Origin: an uncultured candidate division Zixibacteria bacterium
GTDB lineage: Bacteria; Zixibacteria; MSB-5A5; GN15; FEB-12
DNA: 64,000 nucleotides
Assembly: GCA_963711085.1 (NCBI GenBank)
Contig: CAVQCT010000005.1
Coordinates: 35,488-99,487, forward strand
Reading direction: 5' to 3'
Shown here piece after piece: positions 60,730-64,000 of the stretch. The position numbers were made by a program, and so were the translations under genes. The notes under the pieces are model-generated. The model saw only the letters and a program-made list of their open reading frames with translations. It made no database searches and was not told the origin of the DNA. Each line of letters starts with the position of its first letter. The stretch's first letter is position 1.

Positions 60730-62130
60730 GTGCGCTTTCTGAACGAAAGGCGGTTCTGGCTTTTCCTTACGATTATCGGCGTCTACTTTTGCTATTCGCT
60801 CGTGTTCGGTGCCACCGGCAATGAAGGAGCGGGGACAGAAGGAGGGAGCGGCCACGGCGGCTCGGTGCTTGAGATCCTGGTCGAGCTGATCGTCATCCTG
60901 CTCGCCGCCAAGCTGGGGGGAGATTTGCTGGAGCGAGTCAAACAACCGGCGGTGCTCGGCGAACTGATCATTGGCATGCTGATCGGCAACCTGCACCTGC
61001 TCGGGTTCAACGCGTTCGAGGTTTTCAAGTCCGATCTGACCCTTGAGATCCTTGCCGAACTGGGCGTGATAATTCTGTTGTTCGAAGTCGGGCTGGAATC
61101 GACCGTCCAGGAGATGATGAAAGTAGGGGTGACCTCGTTCATGGTGGCGACTTTCGGGGTTATTGCGCCGTTCTTCCTGGGATGGTTCGTCAGTTATCTC
61201 TTCATGCCTCAGGAATCGATCTATGTGCACGTCTTCATCGGCGCTACGCTCACCGCGACCTCGGTCGGCATCACCGCGAGGGTGCTTAAGGATATCGGGA
61301 AAGTCCAGACGCGGGAGGCGAAGATCATACTCGGGGCGGCCGTTATCGACGATATCTTCGGCCTCGTGATTCTGGCCGTCGTCGCCGGCATTATCACGGC
61401 GGCGGCCAAGCCGGGCACGGAAGGCCTGAGTTCGATCGGGATTCTCTGGATTATCTCCAAGGCGGTGCTGTTTATCGTCGGCGCGATCGTGATCGGCAGG
61501 ATCGTTCTGCCGAGATACTACAGATTTGCCATCCGGCTCAAAGTGAAAGGCGTGTTGCTCTCGTTCTCGCTGCTGGTCTGTTTCCTGCTGGCCTATCTGG
61601 CCGGGAAGATCGGGCTGGCGCCGATTGTGGGAGCGTTCTCGGCAGGACTCATACTCGAAGAAGTCCATTTCAAGCAGTTCCGCGAGCGCGGAGAGCACAG
61701 CATCCAGGAGCTGATCGAACCGATCGCGACATTTCTGGTGCCGATCTTTTTCGTGCGGATGGGGATGCTGGTCGATCTGACCACCTTCGCGCATCTTCAG
61801 ATCCTCGGCTTCGCTGCCGTATTGACCTTTGCCGCGATTATCGGCAAGCAGGCCTGCGCGGGGGCCATATTCGACAAGACAACCAACCGATGGGCGATCG
61901 GGCTTGGCATGATTCCGCGAGGGGAAGTCGGCCTGATTTTCGCGGGGATCGGGGCCTCGCTGGTGTTGAACGGCGAGGATGTCATTTCAGCGGCTACCTA
62001 TTCGGCGGTCGTGATCATGGTGATCGTGACGACGCTGGTGACGCCGCCGCTTCTCAAATGGTCGCTTCTGAAAGGTGAGCAGAAGGCGGCCCTCAAAGCT
62101 GCTACTGCTGAGTCCGAAGCGAAGAGTTAG
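60730..62130 (+). CDS. cation:proton antiporter (CPA2 / Kef-type Na+/H+ exchanger family)
   Basis: GTG start after AGGAGG. 466 aa with 12-13 TM segments. Motifs LGELIIGMLIGN and IFFVRMGM are typical of the family. Confidence 0.85.
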   Translation: MRFLNERRFWLFLTIIGVYFCYSLVFGATGNEGAGTEGGSGHGGSVLEILVELIVILLAAKLGGDLLERVKQPAVLGELIIGMLIGNLHLLGFNAFEVFKSDLTLEILAELGVIILLFEVGLESTVQEMMKVGVTSFMVATFGVIAPFFLGWFVSYLFMPQESIYVHVFIGATLTATSVGITARVLKDIGKVQTREAKIILGAAVIDDIFGLVILAVVAGIITAAAKPGTEGLSSIGILWIISKAVLFIVGAIVIGRIVLPRYYRFAIRLKVKGVLLSFSLLVCFLLAYLAGKIGLAPIVGAFSAGLILEEVHFKQFRERGEHSIQELIEPIATFLVPIFFVRMGMLVDLTTFAHLQILGFAAVLTFAAIIGKQACAGAIFDKTTNRWAIGLGMIPRGEVGLIFAGIGASLVLNGEDVISAATYSAVVIMVIVTTLVTPPLLKWSLLKGEQKAALKAATAESEAKS

Positions 62131-62151
62131 ATTCAATAATAAGCTGGTGTG

Positions 62152-62187
62152 GAAGGTCCGTCTCGATTCAGAGCCGGGCCTTTTTTT
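62152..62187 (+). terminator. probable terminator after the antiporter gene
   Basis: aaggtccg .. cgggcctt stem (one G-U pair) followed by T7 at 62181-62187. Confidence 0.5.
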
Positions 62188-62218
62188 GTGGGGTGGATCC
62201 GTCTTCGGACCCGCCGTG

Positions 62219-62284
62219 CTCGGTAGCCCACCTATGGATGAGGTCCGCATTTTGCGGACCGAATGACGGGTGGGTGATAAACCG
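62219..62284. repeat. ~62-nt nested-hairpin element X, copy 2 (inverted relative to 3835-3897)
   Basis: The reverse complement reads cggtttatcacccacccgtcattcggtccgcaaaatgcggacctcatccataggtgggctaccg. The inner hairpin ggtccgca-aaa-tgcggacc is perfect here. Confidence 0.7.
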
Positions 62285-62303
62285 AGACATGATTCCGCTA
62301 TAG

Positions 62304-62808
62304 CCGGGTGCCCCACCCTGTGGGTGGGTATTAACTGGTTCTGGGTGCCCCACCCTATGGGTGGGTATTGGCCGGTTCCGGGTGCCCTACCCTCTGGGTG
62401 GGTATATGCGAAAAATAGAAAACGGCGCGGGCTCCCACCTGAAAGGTGGGGCACCCCGCTGATGATCAGAAATTACTGATTCGGGGAAGGACATCGGACC
62501 GTTCCGGGTGCCCCACCCTATGGGTGGGTATATTCGAAAAATAGATGACGGCGCGGGCTCCCACCTGAAAGGTGGGGCACCCCGCGCTCTTTCTGCAGTA
62601 GGGCAGGATTCGTCTTCGAACCTGCCCACGTCCGCAGCCCGTTTCGGTTGTTAGTCCCATAGATTGTTATCACGAGACGTCCGATGTGCCGACAGGCGCG
62701 ACAGCCGTGGCGATCTCTCGTTTTCCGGGTGCCCCACCCTCTGGGTGGGTATATACGAAAAATAGATGACGGCGCGGGCTCCCACCTGAAAGGTGGGGCA
62801 CCCCGCGC
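62304..62808. repeat. cluster of structured GC-rich repeats: three ~85-nt units (62376-62459, 62503-62586, 62724-62808) and two ~29-nt half units (62304-62332, 62341-62369)
   Basis: Consensus: ttccgggtgccccaccctNtgggtgggtatatNcgaaaaatagaNNacggcgcgggctcccacctgaaaggtggggcaccccgcg. The three long copies differ at only a handful of positions. Spacing is irregular. Confidence 0.8.
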
Positions 62809-62960
62809 GTTCTTATTCTGCCTCCCCCGTGTTGGCGAGGGTGACGTTCTTTTCGTGCCGTCAGGAATCCTTTCCTGACGGCTCCAGTGTCCCGCGACAA
62901 AACGGCGAATCAAAGCTAAGCGATTGATTGTCGGCTCGTTAACTATTTTGGGGATAACGC

Positions 62961-62988
62961 TTGACATCGCGCATGCTCCCTGTATATT
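62961..62988 (+). promoter_or_regulatory. sigma70-type promoter for tRNA-fMet
   Basis: TTGACA (62961-62966), 16-nt spacer, TATATT (62983-62988). The tRNA begins 14 nt downstream of the -10 element. Confidence 0.55.
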
Positions 62989-63001
62989 GGGGATTCTACA
63001 T

Positions 63002-63078
<77 letters not shown>

Positions 63079-63253
63079 AATCATCGCCGACACTTAGTCG
63101 AGATCAAGCACCGATACTCATTGCTGGACACCAATCTGTCCAATGGCTCAAGAACTGATTCTTTTTCCGGAAACATTTCATCTCCCCCCGCGTACCTAGC
63201 AGTAACCCCGGGCGCATCCGAAGACATTTTGCGTTAAGTATTAAGGTCAACGC

Positions 63254-64000
63254 ATGACTCGTCGCATCGCACGTGGGATTGCCAGCAGAATTGCTATTCT
63301 TACGGTCACCTTGATTCTATTAGCATATCCACTGGGAGCCGTATCTGCAGAAGACTCATATGCGGTCACAATCACGAACCTATCTGCATTGAAATTCTCC
63401 GTAAAGGCGCACCTTCAACTCGCTGACGACACCCTGTTCATGCATCCCGGATGTCCCAACTATTCATACCCTGACGGCTGGGGATCGTTTGTCTCCGATC
63501 TTGCGGTGACGAATGAATCTGGGGAACTGTTCCATACGCGTGCCTTAGGAAAGAGCAAATGGGTAATCGAAGGTATCCCACCAGGACGTCAAGGTGTCAA
63601 TGTCGCATACACGGTGGACTGCAAATTCGTCAAAGAGCGGTGGGACGTCGGCAACGAACAGTCGGGATACTACGACGACGGTACTCTCTACCTTTGTACT
63701 CGCGCACTGTTTATCACCACAAACCTCGACTTACCTTCTCAGATAATATTTCATGTGCCCGTGGGCGCTTTGATTTCCGCCCCCTGGGTGAGGGGCGACG
63801 GTTCGTATCTTGCCTCTTCCCGCGAAAACCTATTTGATAACAGCTTTGTTATCGGAGATCAAAGCGCCGACACTGCTACTATCGGCAATGTCAGATTCAG
63901 CATCGCTGCCTTTGGCGACGTCCGCGCTGTCGCCCCTTCTCTCAATCTGATCCTAAAAAGAGTGTTACAGGGATATCTCGCCATCTTCCCTGATTCGATC
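63254..64000 (+). CDS. hypothetical secreted protein, N-terminal 249 codons; runs off the window end
   Basis: From ATG 63254 the frame is open to nt 64000, as I checked by hand translation. Signal-like N-terminus MTRRIARGIASRIAILTVTLILLAYPLGAVSA. Absent from the ORF track, presumably because there is no stop in the window. Resemblance to peptidase N-terminal domains is only a weak impression. Confidence 0.55.
   Translation, partial: MTRRIARGIASRIAILTVTLILLAYPLGAVSAEDSYAVTITNLSALKFSVKAHLQLADDTLFMHPGCPNYSYPDGWGSFVSDLAVTNESGELFHTRALGKSKWVIEGIPPGRQGVNVAYTVDCKFVKERWDVGNEQSGYYDDGTLYLCTRALFITTNLDLPSQIIFHVPVGALISAPWVRGDGSYLASSRENLFDNSFVIGDQSADTATIGNVRFSIAAFGDVRAVAPSLNLILKRVLQGYLAIFPDSI

Noticed and set aside
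60694-61794. 366-aa minus-strand ORF
   Set aside because: It is antisense to the CPA2 antiporter gene. The composition is extremely biased (R/D/E/H/Q/P) with no recognisable domain.
62304-62808. Possible CRISPR array
   Set aside because: Repeat spacing is irregular, the intervening segments share sequence with each other and with other repeat families, the units are strongly self-complementary and of two lengths, and there are no cas genes in the window.

Overview
This is a chromosomal segment of a moderately GC-rich diderm bacterium, probably uncultivated. Supporting signs are lipobox lipoproteins, an exosortase-associated EpsI protein, MotAB, AGGAGG-type ribosome-binding sites and hairpin+T-run terminators. 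I saw no rRNA, CRISPR array, cas, transposase, integrase or phage genes. I can support about 50 protein genes, one initiator tRNA-Met, several intrinsic terminators and three families of REP/MITE-like structured repeats. Recognisable genes include tex, zwf, mfd, motA/motB, pncA-pncB, kynurenine 3-monooxygenase, rpiB, a prolyl oligopeptidase, two YkuD L,D-transpeptidases, and an Rrf2(NsrR-like)/qNOR/RIC nitric-oxide island. Main observations: (1) Ten single-base +1 frame breaks occur in nine conserved genes, all in the same direction. They make the six-frame track split or falsely fuse genes. Consensus insertion errors are the likeliest cause, but this needs checking. (2) A translationally coupled operon encodes a tandem-cyclase/STAND/TPR protein, a DUF3307-like membrane protein and a cNMP-binding PAS-HATPase protein. 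Elsewhere a cNMP-binding domain is fused to aspartate ammonia-lyase. Together these suggest a self-contained cyclic-nucleotide circuit. (3) An RLAN / RimK-like ATP-grasp / GNAT-papain-like peptidase triad looks like an uncharacterised peptide-ligase system. (4) An S1 protease is followed by a free-standing paralog of its own pro-region. (5) An ~85-nt structured repeat occurs three times (plus two half copies) upstream of tRNA-fMet, and a ~62-nt nested-hairpin element occurs as inverted copies 58 kb apart. I cannot single out one clearly novel system; (2) and (3) are the best candidates. All family names come from motif recognition by eye, not from database searches.
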